Source of the DNA: an uncultured Aestuariivirga sp.
Lineage (GTDB): Bacteria > Pseudomonadota > Alphaproteobacteria > Rhizobiales > Aestuariivirgaceae
Length of the DNA stretch: 64,000 nt
Direction: 5' to 3'
NCBI GenBank assembly: GCA_964392525.1
Contig: CAYMQH010000002.1
Span: forward strand, 37,992 to 101,991
The notes under the pieces: model-generated
The model's database searches: none
What the model saw: the letters and a program-made list of their open reading frames with translations, nothing else
Told to the model about the DNA's origin: nothing
Made by a program: the position numbers and the translations under genes
Part shown: one piece after another, positions 39,233-49,197 of the stretch
Layout: each line of letters starts with the position of its first letter
Position numbering within the stretch: position 1 is the first letter of the stretch

Positions 39233-40222
39233 ATGCGAAAATCAGCCATCAAGACAGCCGCGCAGTCCGGGTCCAATCTGATCCGCGCGATGGAGGTGTT
39301 CGAGGCCGTTGCCGAAACTGGTCAGATGACGGCGGCCGCGCGCCTGCTTGGCATGACACAGTCCGCTGCCTCCCAGCACATCGCCGCACTCGAGAAGGAC
39401 TATGGCGTCGTGCTGTTCGACCGGTCGGTCAGGCCTGCCCGGCTCACGCAGGCGGGTACGCTGCTTCATCGCCATGCCGCGCGCATCCTGAATGTGGTGG
39501 GTGACCTGGAAACCGAGATGCGCCATCAGGGTCCGGTGCCGATCAGCGTTCTCCGCCTCGGCATTCTCGCTTCGATTGCAACGACGCTCACCCCCGGCCT
39601 GGTGGCGCTGGCGAAGAAGGGCTTCGGCGTGCGCGATGTGACCTTGCATGCCGGCCAGAGCGGCGACCATGAAAACCTGCTGCGCACGAAGAAGGCGGAT
39701 CTCGCGATAACGTCGAATCCGTTCTACGACATGGACGGGCTGGAGCGGCACCCGATCCTGCAAGAGGCCTTTCTGCTGGTTCTGCCGGATAAGTACCGAG
39801 GCCCCACCGGAAGCCTGCAAGAGGTGCAGAGCCGACTGCCACTGATCCGCTTTGCCGATACCACCAGCGTCGGACGCCAGATCACCCAGCACCTCCGCCG
39901 CCTGCGGCTCAACCCGCAGCAGGTGATTCAGGCTGACAGGTCATCGATGGTCACGGCCTGCGTGTGCAATGGCATGGGGTTCACGCTGCTGACACCCTCC
40001 CTGCTGATTGACGGCTTCGTGGAGCGCATGCCGATGAGAGTGATGCCGCTGCCTGCGGCACGGCTCACGCGCACCTTGACGGTCGTCTCGCGCGAGAGGG
40101 AGTTGGGCAAATTTCCCGCGCATGTCGCTGATCTCTCGCGCCGCAAACTTGTTGAACAGGTCGGGGCGCAGATGGGCGATGTTGGGCTTGCCGCGCTCAC
40201 CCTGATGGAGGGGGCTGGGTGA
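39233..40222 (+). CDS. LysR-family transcriptional regulator
   Basis: MTAAARLLGMTQSAASQHIAALE..LFDR..LTQAG wHTH, plus substrate-binding domain. Confidence 0.92.
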   Translation: MRKSAIKTAAQSGSNLIRAMEVFEAVAETGQMTAAARLLGMTQSAASQHIAALEKDYGVVLFDRSVRPARLTQAGTLLHRHAARILNVVGDLETEMRHQGPVPISVLRLGILASIATTLTPGLVALAKKGFGVRDVTLHAGQSGDHENLLRTKKADLAITSNPFYDMDGLERHPILQEAFLLVLPDKYRGPTGSLQEVQSRLPLIRFADTTSVGRQITQHLRRLRLNPQQVIQADRSSMVTACVCNGMGFTLLTPSLLIDGFVERMPMRVMPLPAARLTRTLTVVSRERELGKFPAHVADLSRRKLVEQVGAQMGDVGLAALTLMEGAG

Positions 40223-40331
40223 GGTCTGTGTATAGTGGGGTGATCCGTGCTGCGGCATGAAGGGGATATGCTTCCAGGTTGGAAGCCATTAGGATGAATT
40301 TCCGAATTTGGACGTGCTGAGAGAGGCGGAT

Positions 40332-41552
40332 ATGCCGGTCGAAGAAATTGACACGCTGGTGATTGGTGGCGGCCAGGCCGGCCTTGCGATGAGCGGGCAT
40401 CTGGGCGCGCGGGGCGTGCCTCACCTCGTTTTGGAGCGCAAGCGGATTGCCGAGCGCTGGCGCTCCGAGCGTTGGGATTCGCTCGTCGCCAATGGTCCTG
40501 CCTGGCATGATCGTTTCCCGGCGCTGCAATTCAACTGCGGGCCGGATGAGTTTGCCACGCGCGATGAGATCGTTGAATATCTCGAGACGTTTGCAAAGCA
40601 AGTCAACGCGCCCATCCGTACCGGGGTTGAGGTAACCGCCCTGCACAAAACCGCCGATGGCTTCCGTGCTGAAACCGCTGAGGGTGTGATCGCGGCTAGA
40701 AATGTGGTGGCCGCCACGGGGCCGTTCCAGCGCCCGCTCATTCCAACCGTCGTTCCGGCCGACACCGGGATCCTGCAGATTCACTCGTCGCAATACCGCA
40801 ACCCCCGTCAGTTGCCGGAGGGGGCTGTGCTGGTGGTGGGGGCCGGATCATCCGGCACGCAGATTGCCGATGAGTTGCATCGCGCCGGCCGCCGCGTCTA
40901 TCTTTCCGTTGGCCCGCATAACAGGCCGCCGCGGAGCTATCGCGGCAAGGATTTCGTGTGGTGGCTTGGCGCGCTCGGCAAGTGGGATGCAAAGACCATC
41001 ACACCGGGCATGGAACATGTCACCATCGCGGTGAGCGGCGCCTATGGCGGCCACACGGTGGATTTCAACCGGCTTGGCCAGCGCGGCATCACGCTGCTCG
41101 GCCGGGCCGGGGCCTACCGTGATGGTGTGCTGCATTTCGCGGGCGACGTGAAGGAGAACATCGCAGGCGGCACCAGGGACTATCTCTCGGTTCTCGATGA
41201 GGCGGATGCTTACATTGCCAGGAACGGCCTTGACTTCCCCGAGGAGCCGGATGCCCGCCGGACCGACCCCGATCCCGAGTGCGTCAGCAATCCGATCCGT
41301 GAACTCAGTCTGAAGGAGGCCGGCATCACCTCCATCATCTGGGCGACCGGCTATGCGCTGGATTTCGGCTGGATCAAGTGCGACGCCTTTGACGACAAGG
41401 GCCGCCCGGCGCATGAGCGCGGCGTCTCGAAGGTGCCGGGGCTTTATTTCCTCGGCCTGCCGTGGCTGTCACGCCGCGCTTCGCCCTTCATCTGGGGCGT
41501 TTGGCATGACGCCGACTATCTCGCCGGTCACATCGCCGCCAGAACGCCCTGA
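40332..41552 (+). CDS. FAD/NAD(P)-dependent flavoprotein monooxygenase-like oxidoreductase (CzcO-like)
   Basis: [41 protein letters not shown]. Confidence 0.85.
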   Translation: MPVEEIDTLVIGGGQAGLAMSGHLGARGVPHLVLERKRIAERWRSERWDSLVANGPAWHDRFPALQFNCGPDEFATRDEIVEYLETFAKQVNAPIRTGVEVTALHKTADGFRAETAEGVIAARNVVAATGPFQRPLIPTVVPADTGILQIHSSQYRNPRQLPEGAVLVVGAGSSGTQIADELHRAGRRVYLSVGPHNRPPRSYRGKDFVWWLGALGKWDAKTITPGMEHVTIAVSGAYGGHTVDFNRLGQRGITLLGRAGAYRDGVLHFAGDVKENIAGGTRDYLSVLDEADAYIARNGLDFPEEPDARRTDPDPECVSNPIRELSLKEAGITSIIWATGYALDFGWIKCDAFDDKGRPAHERGVSKVPGLYFLGLPWLSRRASPFIWGVWHDADYLAGHIAARTP

Positions 41553-43300
41553 GCGAGGCCCGCCGCATCAAGCCCGGCATCGGCATATTGCTCGGCGGGA
41601 GAGCCATGGGCGATAAAGCGGTCGGGCAGGGTCAGGGCGCGGAAGCGCGTCTTCATCAGCAGGTCATGCGCGGCGAGATGGTGCAGCACATGGGCGGAAA
41701 AACCGCCCGCCGCGCCCTCCTCGACCGTTACCAGCAGGCGATGATGGCGGGCGAGGTTCTCGATGAGTGCCGTATCGAGCGGCTTGGCAAAGCGCGCATC
41801 CGCGATGGTGGCCCTGATGCCCTTCTGCGCCAGAAGATGCGCGGCCTCCATGCAGGCCTCAAGACGATTGCCGAGTGACAGGATGGCCACATGCTCACCC
41901 TCGGAGATGATACGGCCCTTGCCGATCTCCAGCGGGCGCATTTCATCTGGCACGTCGGTTCCCGTTGCCTCGCCGCGCGGGTAGCGGAAGGCGATGGGGC
42001 CCTCGTCATAGGCAATGGCGGTGGCCAGCATGCGGCGCAGTTCTTGCGCGTCGGATGGCGCCATTGCCACCATGCCCGGCAACAGCGAGAGATAAGCAAG
42101 ATCAAAGGAACCGGCATGGGTTGCGCCATCCTGTCCGACAAGGCCCGCACGGTCGATGGCAAAGCGCACCGGCAGGCGCTGCAGCGCCACATCATGCACC
42201 ACCTGGTCGAAGCCGCGCTGCAGGAAGGTGGAGTAGATGGCGCAAACGGGCTTCAGCCCCTCGCTGGCAAGCCCCGCAGCGAAGGTCACGGCATGCTGCT
42301 CGGCGATGCCGACGTCGAATGTGCGGGCGGGAAAATGCTGGCCGAAGATATCGAGCCCGGTGCCCGAGGGCATGGCGGCGGTGATGGCGACAACCCGCTC
42401 GTCCCTTGTGGCTTCGGCGATCAGTGCCGAGGCGAAGACCTTGGTGTAAGTTGGCGCATTGGCCTTGGCCGACTTGAATTCGAGCGTGTCGGGATCGAAG
42501 CCGGAAATGGCGTGGTAGTTTTCCTTGTCGGGCTTGGCGAAGGGGTGCCCCTTGCCCTTCTCCGTCACCATGTGGATGAGCACAGGCGCTGCATCGGGAG
42601 AATCCCTCAGCGCGCGCAAGGTGTGAACCAGCCCGATCACATCATGCCCGTTTACCGGGCCGATGTGACGAAAACCCAGCGCCTCGAACAGGCTCGGCAA
42701 CTTTCCCTGCCGCAAAGCCTTCAGGTGTCGATCGAGTGCACCGACAGCAGGGGCGATGGACATGCCATTGTCATTGAGGATGACGATCAGCCGGCTACGC
42801 AGGCTTCCGGCATGGTTCAGCCCCTCGAAGGCCATGCCGCCAGTCATGGCGCTGTCGCCGATCACCGCGATGACGTGGTTGGCGCCACCTTTGAGATCGC
42901 GCGCCACTGCCATGCCAAGCCCTGCCGAAATGGATGTCGAGCTATGGCCCGCGCCGAACGGATCAAAGCTGCTTTCGCTGCGCTTGGTGAAGCCATAGAG
43001 GCCGCCCTTCTGGCGGATGGAACGCAGCGCCCCGCGACGGCCAGTCAAGACCTTGTGGGGATAGGCCTGGTGGCTCACATCCCAGATCACGCGGTCATGC
43101 GGCGTGTCGAACACATAATGCAGCGCTGCAGTCAGCTCGATGACGCCGAGGCCGCTGCCGAAATGGCCGCCGGTTTCGGCAGCGGCCGCAATGATCTCGG
43201 CACGCAGTTCGTCCGCGAGCTGTGGAAGATCTTCGATGTCAAGCTGTCGCAGGGCTTCAGGTGTTGGCGTGCGGTCGAGGAGGGGGGTCGGTTGCTTCAT
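41528..43300 (-). CDS. dxs: 1-deoxy-D-xylulose-5-phosphate synthase (short form)
   Basis: [57 protein letters not shown]. Confidence 0.9.
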   Translation of the reverse strand: MKQPTPLLDRTPTPEALRQLDIEDLPQLADELRAEIIAAAAETGGHFGSGLGVIELTAALHYVFDTPHDRVIWDVSHQAYPHKVLTGRRGALRSIRQKGGLYGFTKRSESSFDPFGAGHSSTSISAGLGMAVARDLKGGANHVIAVIGDSAMTGGMAFEGLNHAGSLRSRLIVILNDNGMSIAPAVGALDRHLKALRQGKLPSLFEALGFRHIGPVNGHDVIGLVHTLRALRDSPDAAPVLIHMVTEKGKGHPFAKPDKENYHAISGFDPDTLEFKSAKANAPTYTKVFASALIAEATRDERVVAITAAMPSGTGLDIFGQHFPARTFDVGIAEQHAVTFAAGLASEGLKPVCAIYSTFLQRGFDQVVHDVALQRLPVRFAIDRAGLVGQDGATHAGSFDLAYLSLLPGMVAMAPSDAQELRRMLATAIAYDEGPIAFRYPRGEATGTDVPDEMRPLEIGKGRIISEGEHVAILSLGNRLEACMEAAHLLAQKGIRATIADARFAKPLDTALIENLARHHRLLVTVEEGAAGGFSAHVLHHLAAHDLLMKTRFRALTLPDRFIAHGSPAEQYADAGLDAAGLAQGVLAAM

Positions 43301-43489
43301 TCCGTCACCAGTCGCGGCGTTTTGTGACACTAACCTGTTGCCATGGCCTTTTCCACCGGAAAGCGCTTGGCCACCGGCCTTGGCTCTGCCGGGCTGCGGC
43401 GATCCGCCGTCAGGGCTTTCGCAGCCTGCCCGACCTGTCTAGAAGGAAAGCTCGGTTTCGTTTCAGGGGCAGGCGGAGGGCAGCGGGCC

Positions 43490-44521
43490 ATGGCAATGTT
43501 GCGCGGTGGACTTATCGGGTGCGGTTTTTTCGCCATCAATCACCTGCATGGCTGGCGGGATGTGGCGGGTGCCGAGATTGTCGCGCTCTGCGACCGCTCG
43601 GAGGAACGACTGACGCTTGTGGGCGAACAATTCGGCATAGACCGTCGCTACCACGATGCCGCCGCGATGATCGCGCATGAGACGCTCGACTTCGTGGACA
43701 TCGCCACCACCGCGCCCTCGCACCGCGCATTGGTTGAACTGGCGGCCGCCAATGGCCTGGCGGTGATCTGCCAGAAACCCTTGGCACCGTCTCTCGAGGA
43801 TGCGAAGGCCATCGTTGCGGCCTGTGCGGCAGCCGGTGTGCCCCTGATGGTCCACGAGAATTTCCGCTGGCAATCGCCAATCCAGATGGTGAAGGCCATT
43901 CTCGACTCCGGTGACATCGGAGCGCCCTTCTGGGGCCGCGTCTCGTTTCGCTCGGCCTATGATGTGTATGCGGGCCAGCCCTATCTGGCGGAGGGACAGC
44001 GCTTCATCGTCGAGGACCTCGGCATTCACGCGCTCGACATTGCGCGTTTCCTGCTGGGCGATGTACTGAATGTGAGCGCGCGCATCAAGCGGGTGAACCC
44101 GCGGATCAGGGGTGAGGATGTGGCGACCATGCTGCTCGATCATGGCGATGGCGTCGCCTCGGTGGTCGATTGCTCTTATGCCAGCGAACTGGAGCGCGAA
44201 TTGTTCCCGCAGACGCTTCTCGAGATCGACGGCACGCATGGCACGCTGCGGCTGGGGGCTGACTACCGGCTGACGGTCACCGCCCGCGGCACAACGCGTC
44301 AGAAGGATATCTCCCCGCCGCTACGGCCCTGGGCCGCGAAGCCCTGGCATAACATCCAGGAAAGCGTTGCCCTCATTCAGCAGCACTGGGTGGATTGCCT
44401 GCGCCAGGGGCTTGAGCCGCAGACATCAGGCCGTGACAATCTCCAGACCTTCGCTCTTGTGGAGGCGGTTTACCGCTCCGCCGAAACGGGCGAGACCGTC
44501 GGCGTCGCCAGCCTTCTCTGA
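43490..44521 (+). CDS. apsD: Gfo/Idh/MocA oxidoreductase resembling D-apiose dehydrogenase
   Basis: LIGCGFFA, CQKP, HENFRWQ, GQPYLAEG.RFIVEDLGIH.LD, PWHNIQESV resemble rhizobial ApsD as I recall it. Confidence 0.65.
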   Translation: MAMLRGGLIGCGFFAINHLHGWRDVAGAEIVALCDRSEERLTLVGEQFGIDRRYHDAAAMIAHETLDFVDIATTAPSHRALVELAAANGLAVICQKPLAPSLEDAKAIVAACAAAGVPLMVHENFRWQSPIQMVKAILDSGDIGAPFWGRVSFRSAYDVYAGQPYLAEGQRFIVEDLGIHALDIARFLLGDVLNVSARIKRVNPRIRGEDVATMLLDHGDGVASVVDCSYASELERELFPQTLLEIDGTHGTLRLGADYRLTVTARGTTRQKDISPPLRPWAAKPWHNIQESVALIQQHWVDCLRQGLEPQTSGRDNLQTFALVEAVYRSAETGETVGVASLL

Positions 44522-44536
44522 GTCCGCCGGCACGCC

Positions 44537-46285
44537 TCAGGCGGTGCTGTCCACCCGGAACGTCAGGTAATCGCCCTGATGATACTGCATGTGCTTCAGG
44601 CCGCTGACAGTTCGTGACAGGATGAGCAAGCTCAGGTTCTCGCCATTGTCGGCAACGGCTGTACCCGGCAGGCTGGCGATGATCTTTTCGGCGTTCTGTT
44701 TGCTGGGTGCCGTCACCATTTCGACTTCAACGACACCCTTCGCATCGGTGAGCTTCACCAGAAGCTGGCGGCGCTGTTCAATCTTCTCGCCGGCGGCTTC
44801 CTCGCAGAAGAACAGAACGGCTTCCTCGATGGCCAGCATCAGGCGGTTCTCGGCGGGCTGGTCCCACCCCATGCGGCGGCTGAAGGTACCGACCAGATTC
44901 CTGAGCAACAGGATGGAGCGTGGATCGACCGGTACCGTCAGCCTGTCCTGCATGCGCCGGCGCCCGAAGATGATCATCATCAGGACAATGGCAGTGATGC
45001 CGCCGATGGTGGTGCCGTTTGAGAACACCGTCTGCAGCCAGGAAGGCAGGAGTTCATTCATGAGTCCACCGGACTGCGCACTCAGCCCGATCCAGAAGCT
45101 GAGGCAGACAGCGAGCCCCATCTCGAAGCCCATGCCATCCTCGGTGATCATGCGCACGCCATGCCCGAAGATCAGCACCACGAGGATCAGCAGATAGGCG
45201 CCGGCCACCTGGCTTGGCACAGCCGCCACCGTGGCGCCGATCTTCGGGGAAAAGGCGAGAAGCAACAGGAACAGCCCGCCCCACGCACCCACCCGGCGCG
45301 ATGCGACGCCGGTGATCTCGCCCACCGCGATCGAGGTGGAAAACACGGTGTTGGGAACCGTGCCGAGGAGGCCTGCGGCGATGCTTCCCACGCCGTCGGC
45401 ATTGATTGCGCCCTGCACCGACCGGAAGTCGATCGGGCGTGGCTTGCGGAAGGCGATGCGCTGAACGGATATCGCATCGGCATAGGTTTCCATGCAGCCC
45501 ACGAGGCTGATCAGGATAAAGGCCGGCAGCAGGCTCCAGAAGGCCACATCCAGTGTCACCGAAAGCCCGGGCCAGCCGCGCGCCGGAAGGCCGATCCACG
45601 GTGCTGCGGCCGCGCCCGAGAGGTCGAGATGCCCGAACAGCGCGGCAACACCACTGCCGACGAGAACACCGATGAGTGCCGCCCACAACCGCAGCAGGCC
45701 GCGGGTGAAGATCAGGATCAGCGTGATGCTGACAAGCGTGACAAGGAATACCATGCCATGCTCATGAGAGAGCTGATCGGAGACGCCGGGCTTCTTCAGC
45801 ATATTCCAGATCACCGGGCCCACGCTCAGCGCCATCAGCATCAGGACGGTGCCGCCCACGGCGGGCGTCAGCACGCGGCGGAGCAGTGGAAGCCATCTTG
45901 AGAAGGCAAAGGTGCTCAGCGCACCAAGCGCGCCCAGCAAGCCCAGCTCCGCGAGGCCACCGCCCTGCAGCGCCGTCACCGCCACTGCCACGAAGGCGAC
46001 GTTGGAGCCGACGAACAGCGTGAAGCCGGAACCGATGGGTCCTTTCCTGATCAGTTGCAGCCAGGTGGAAAGACCGGCCGCCACAAGGGCTGCGAACACC
46101 ATCCAGGATGTGTCTGCCGCATTCAGCCCTGCGCCACGGGCGATGACCAGCGGCGTCAGCATGATGCCGGTCAGGATGAGGATGACGGTCTGACCCGCCA
46201 TCGCGGCGGCCAGAAGATGCGGGGCCTTCTCCTGCGGTTCGTAACGGACGACGTGTTCGCCGTCCTTTCTGTCTTCCGCCATCAT
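44537..46285 (-). CDS. NCS2 (xanthine/uracil) permease-like protein with a C-terminal RsbW/HATPase-like domain
   Basis: many TM segments, ITGVASRRV, FSPKIGA, YLLILVVLIFGHG; soluble 137-aa tail containing RLMLAIEEAV. Confidence 0.75.
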   Translation of the reverse strand: MMAEDRKDGEHVVRYEPQEKAPHLLAAAMAGQTVILILTGIMLTPLVIARGAGLNAADTSWMVFAALVAAGLSTWLQLIRKGPIGSGFTLFVGSNVAFVAVAVTALQGGGLAELGLLGALGALSTFAFSRWLPLLRRVLTPAVGGTVLMLMALSVGPVIWNMLKKPGVSDQLSHEHGMVFLVTLVSITLILIFTRGLLRLWAALIGVLVGSGVAALFGHLDLSGAAAAPWIGLPARGWPGLSVTLDVAFWSLLPAFILISLVGCMETYADAISVQRIAFRKPRPIDFRSVQGAINADGVGSIAAGLLGTVPNTVFSTSIAVGEITGVASRRVGAWGGLFLLLLAFSPKIGATVAAVPSQVAGAYLLILVVLIFGHGVRMITEDGMGFEMGLAVCLSFWIGLSAQSGGLMNELLPSWLQTVFSNGTTIGGITAIVLMMIIFGRRRMQDRLTVPVDPRSILLLRNLVGTFSRRMGWDQPAENRLMLAIEEAVLFFCEEAAGEKIEQRRQLLVKLTDAKGVVEVEMVTAPSKQNAEKIIASLPGTAVADNGENLSLLILSRTVSGLKHMQYHQGDYLTFRVDSTA

Positions 46286-46397
46286 GAACCCCCGTCAGCC
46301 AACTTGCGGCGCAAGCTAGAGCAGACGGGCTTCACCAGCAACAGCGCCGCACCTGGTTGACTGCAACTTGGTGGTTACATGGCAGGTCGTTTCCGGC

Positions 46398-48449
46398 TCA
46401 GATATCCTTCGCAAGCCGCAGCGCGTCATAGATTGCGGCGTGGATGTTGCGCGAGGCGACCGCATCGCCGATGCGGAACAGCCTGAAACCTTTGGGCCCG
46501 CCGCTCATCGTCTGCGGCCTGCCGTCGATCAGCGCGTCGTAGTCAACAGCGCCGAGGTTTTCCGACATGGGCTTGAGGTCGAAGTAGATACCGGCAAGCG
46601 GCTGTGTGCCGTGGTTCACAACGATCTGGTCCACCTGGCGCTCCTGCCGGAGGCCGGCGAGGTAATCGGAACCCACGATGGCTCTGAGGCGGTTGCCATC
46701 GCGCTCCGCTGCGAGCAGGCGGTAGGTGACGGTGAAGATCATTGGTTTCGTCTGGATCTCGCGCATGTAGGGCACGAGGTTCATCGCCATCACTTCCGGC
46801 GCGAAGCTGCGGTCCGGCGTCATCACCTCAACCGTCGATCCGGCCTCGGCGAGCAATTGCGCGGCCTGCATCGCCGTGTGGTCGCCCGCGTCGTCATAGA
46901 GCAGCACATTGGCGGCGGGCTTCACATCGCCCGAGAGAATGTCCCAGGCGGAAACCGTGAGCTCATTGCCGCTCTCCAGCACATCCTTTTCCGGCAGGCC
47001 TCCGGTGGCGATGATCACCACATCGGGCGTCTCGGCAAGAATGTCGGAGGCTTCGGCGAAGCTGTTGAAGCGGAATTCCACATCGCGTGCCGCGCATTGC
47101 GCCATACGCCAGTCGATGATGCCGATCATCTCGGCGCGGCGCTTGGTGCGCGTGATGAGGCGCACCTGGCCGCCAGGCTCGGATGCTGCTTCGAACACGG
47201 TGACGCGGTGGCCCCGCTCGGCTGCCACGCGCGCGGCTTCCAGCCCGGCGGGCCCAGCGCCCACCACCACGACACGCTTGCGCTGGCCAGCGGGGGCGGG
47301 CGCGATCAAATGCGGCATGGTCTCTTCGCGGCCTGTCGCCGGGTTATGGATGCACAGCGCCATGCCGCCCTGATAGATGCGGTCGAGGCAGTAAGTTGCG
47401 CCGACGCAGGGGCGGATGTCCTGTTCCCGCCCTTCCATGATCTTCTGCACGATGTGCGGGTCCGCCATGTGGGCGCGCGTCATGCCCACCATGTCCAGCT
47501 GGCTGGTGGCGATGGCGTGGCGGGCTGTCGCCACATCCGGAATGCGCGCCGCGTGGAAGGTCGGCATGCCGACCTCGGCACGGATGCGGGCAGCGAAATC
47601 AAGATGCGGGGCCGAGCGCATGCCCTGGACGGGGATCACGTCGGTGAGGGCTGGATCGGTGTGGATGCGGCCCTTGATGATATTGATGAAGTCCACCAGT
47701 CCGGAGGCCTTGAAGCGGCGGCCCATCTCGACCCCTTCATCGGCCGTGATGCCGCCTGTCTCCACCTCGTCCGCCGTGTAGCGGATGCCGAGCAGGAACC
47801 TGTCGCCCACGCGCTTGCGGCAGGCCTCCACCACATCCATGGTGAAGCGCAGGCGGTTGTCGAAGCTGCCGCCATAGGGATGGGCGAGGGTATTGGTCAG
47901 GGGGCTCATGAACTGGTCCATGAGGTGGCCGTAGCATTCGAACTCCACGCCATCGACGCCGGCATCCTTCATGCGCTCTGCGGCATCGGCATAGTCTTCG
48001 ATGATGCGTGCGATATCCCAGTCCTCGATCACCTTCGGGAAGGCGCGGTGCGAGGGTTCGCGCGAGGGGCCCGCACCGAGGACGGGCAGCCAGTCGCCCT
48101 TGTCCCAGCGGGTGCGGCGGCCGAGATGCGTCAACTGGATCATCACGGCAGCGCCGGCCTCATGGCAATCATCCGTCAGCCGTTTCATCCACGTTACAAC
48201 CTCGTCCTTGTAGGCGAGGATGTTGTTGAACACCGGCGGACTGTCCTTCGAGACGGCGGCCGAGCCCGCCGTCATGGTCAGTGCCACGCCCGCCTTGGCG
48301 CGCTCGAGGTGGTAGAGGCGGTAGCGGTCCTTCGGCATGCCGTCCTCGGGGTAGGCTGGCTCATGGCTTGTCGTCATGATCCGGTTGCGCAGCGTCAGGT
48401 GCTTCAGCGTGTAGGGTTGGAGCAGCGGATCTCTGGAGGTGGCGGCCAT
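46398..48449 (-). CDS. stcD: old-yellow-enzyme/NADH:flavin oxidoreductase, N-methylproline demethylase-like
   Basis: HEPAYPEDGMPK, SPPVFNN, HLGRRTRWDKGDW, CVGATYCLDR..C Fe-S motif, GAGPAG; closely resembles S. meliloti StcD as I recall it. Confidence 0.78.
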   Translation of the reverse strand: MAATSRDPLLQPYTLKHLTLRNRIMTTSHEPAYPEDGMPKDRYRLYHLERAKAGVALTMTAGSAAVSKDSPPVFNNILAYKDEVVTWMKRLTDDCHEAGAAVMIQLTHLGRRTRWDKGDWLPVLGAGPSREPSHRAFPKVIEDWDIARIIEDYADAAERMKDAGVDGVEFECYGHLMDQFMSPLTNTLAHPYGGSFDNRLRFTMDVVEACRKRVGDRFLLGIRYTADEVETGGITADEGVEMGRRFKASGLVDFINIIKGRIHTDPALTDVIPVQGMRSAPHLDFAARIRAEVGMPTFHAARIPDVATARHAIATSQLDMVGMTRAHMADPHIVQKIMEGREQDIRPCVGATYCLDRIYQGGMALCIHNPATGREETMPHLIAPAPAGQRKRVVVVGAGPAGLEAARVAAERGHRVTVFEAASEPGGQVRLITRTKRRAEMIGIIDWRMAQCAARDVEFRFNSFAEASDILAETPDVVIIATGGLPEKDVLESGNELTVSAWDILSGDVKPAANVLLYDDAGDHTAMQAAQLLAEAGSTVEVMTPDRSFAPEVMAMNLVPYMREIQTKPMIFTVTYRLLAAERDGNRLRAIVGSDYLAGLRQERQVDQIVVNHGTQPLAGIYFDLKPMSENLGAVDYDALIDGRPQTMSGGPKGFRLFRIGDAVASRNIHAAIYDALRLAKDI

Positions 48450-48489
48450 GGCATGTCCTTCGGTGGGCGAAAGCCTGTATCTCAGTCAA

Positions 48490-48530
48490 AATGTTCAGTT
48501 ATGTCAAGTATCAGGTCATCTCTGAACATT
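48490..48530. promoter_or_regulatory. inverted repeat, candidate TetR operator
   Basis: AATGTTCAG-N23-CTGAACATT enclosing a minus-strand TTGACA. Confidence 0.5.
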
Positions 48531-48567
48531 ATTGCGCGAAGCCTTTAAAAGGCCTAGGAAATTTCTC

Positions 48568-49194
48568 ATGAAGACAGCGGCCGAAAAGGAAACGGGGTGG
48601 CGCGGTTCGCGCGAGGGGTGGGTCGGGGCCGCCTATGCCGCCCTGATCCGCGAGGGCATCGAGGCCGTGAAGATCCAGCCGCTCGCCGAACGGCTCAAGC
48701 TCTCGCGTACCAGCTTCTACTGGTTCTTCGAAAACCGCGATGAGTTGCTGCAGGCCCTGGTCGCCATGTGGGCGGAACGTACCACCGCGCCGCTCACCGC
48801 TGCCACCCGCGACTATGCGGAAACCGAAACGGAAGCGATGCTGAATGTCATAGGCTGCTTCCTCAAGGCCGAGACGTTCGATGCGCGCCTCGAGTTCGCC
48901 ATGCGCGGCTGGGGCCTCAAGGCTCCCGCCATCATGGCGAGAATCAATGCCGCTGATGTTGAGCGGCTGGCCGCCCTCACCGCCATGCTGGAGCGCTGGA
49001 AGCATCCGCCGCAGGATGCAGACGTCCGTGCACGGACAATCTATCTCGTGCAGATCGGCTACATCTCCATGCAGGTCGAGGAGACGATTGAAACCCGCCT
49101 GTCGCGCATCCCGAAATATGTGGAGATCTACACCGGCCGGCCGCCGCTCCCCCGCGAAATGGCCAGGTTCACGGCGCGTTTCGCAGCCGGATGA
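48568..49194 (+). CDS. TetR/AcrR-family regulator
   Basis: AVKIQPLAERLKLSRTSFYWFF HTH; divergent from stcD. Confidence 0.92.
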   Translation: MKTAAEKETGWRGSREGWVGAAYAALIREGIEAVKIQPLAERLKLSRTSFYWFFENRDELLQALVAMWAERTTAPLTAATRDYAETETEAMLNVIGCFLKAETFDARLEFAMRGWGLKAPAIMARINAADVERLAALTAMLERWKHPPQDADVRARTIYLVQIGYISMQVEETIETRLSRIPKYVEIYTGRPPLPREMARFTARFAAG

Positions 49195-49197
49195 AGA

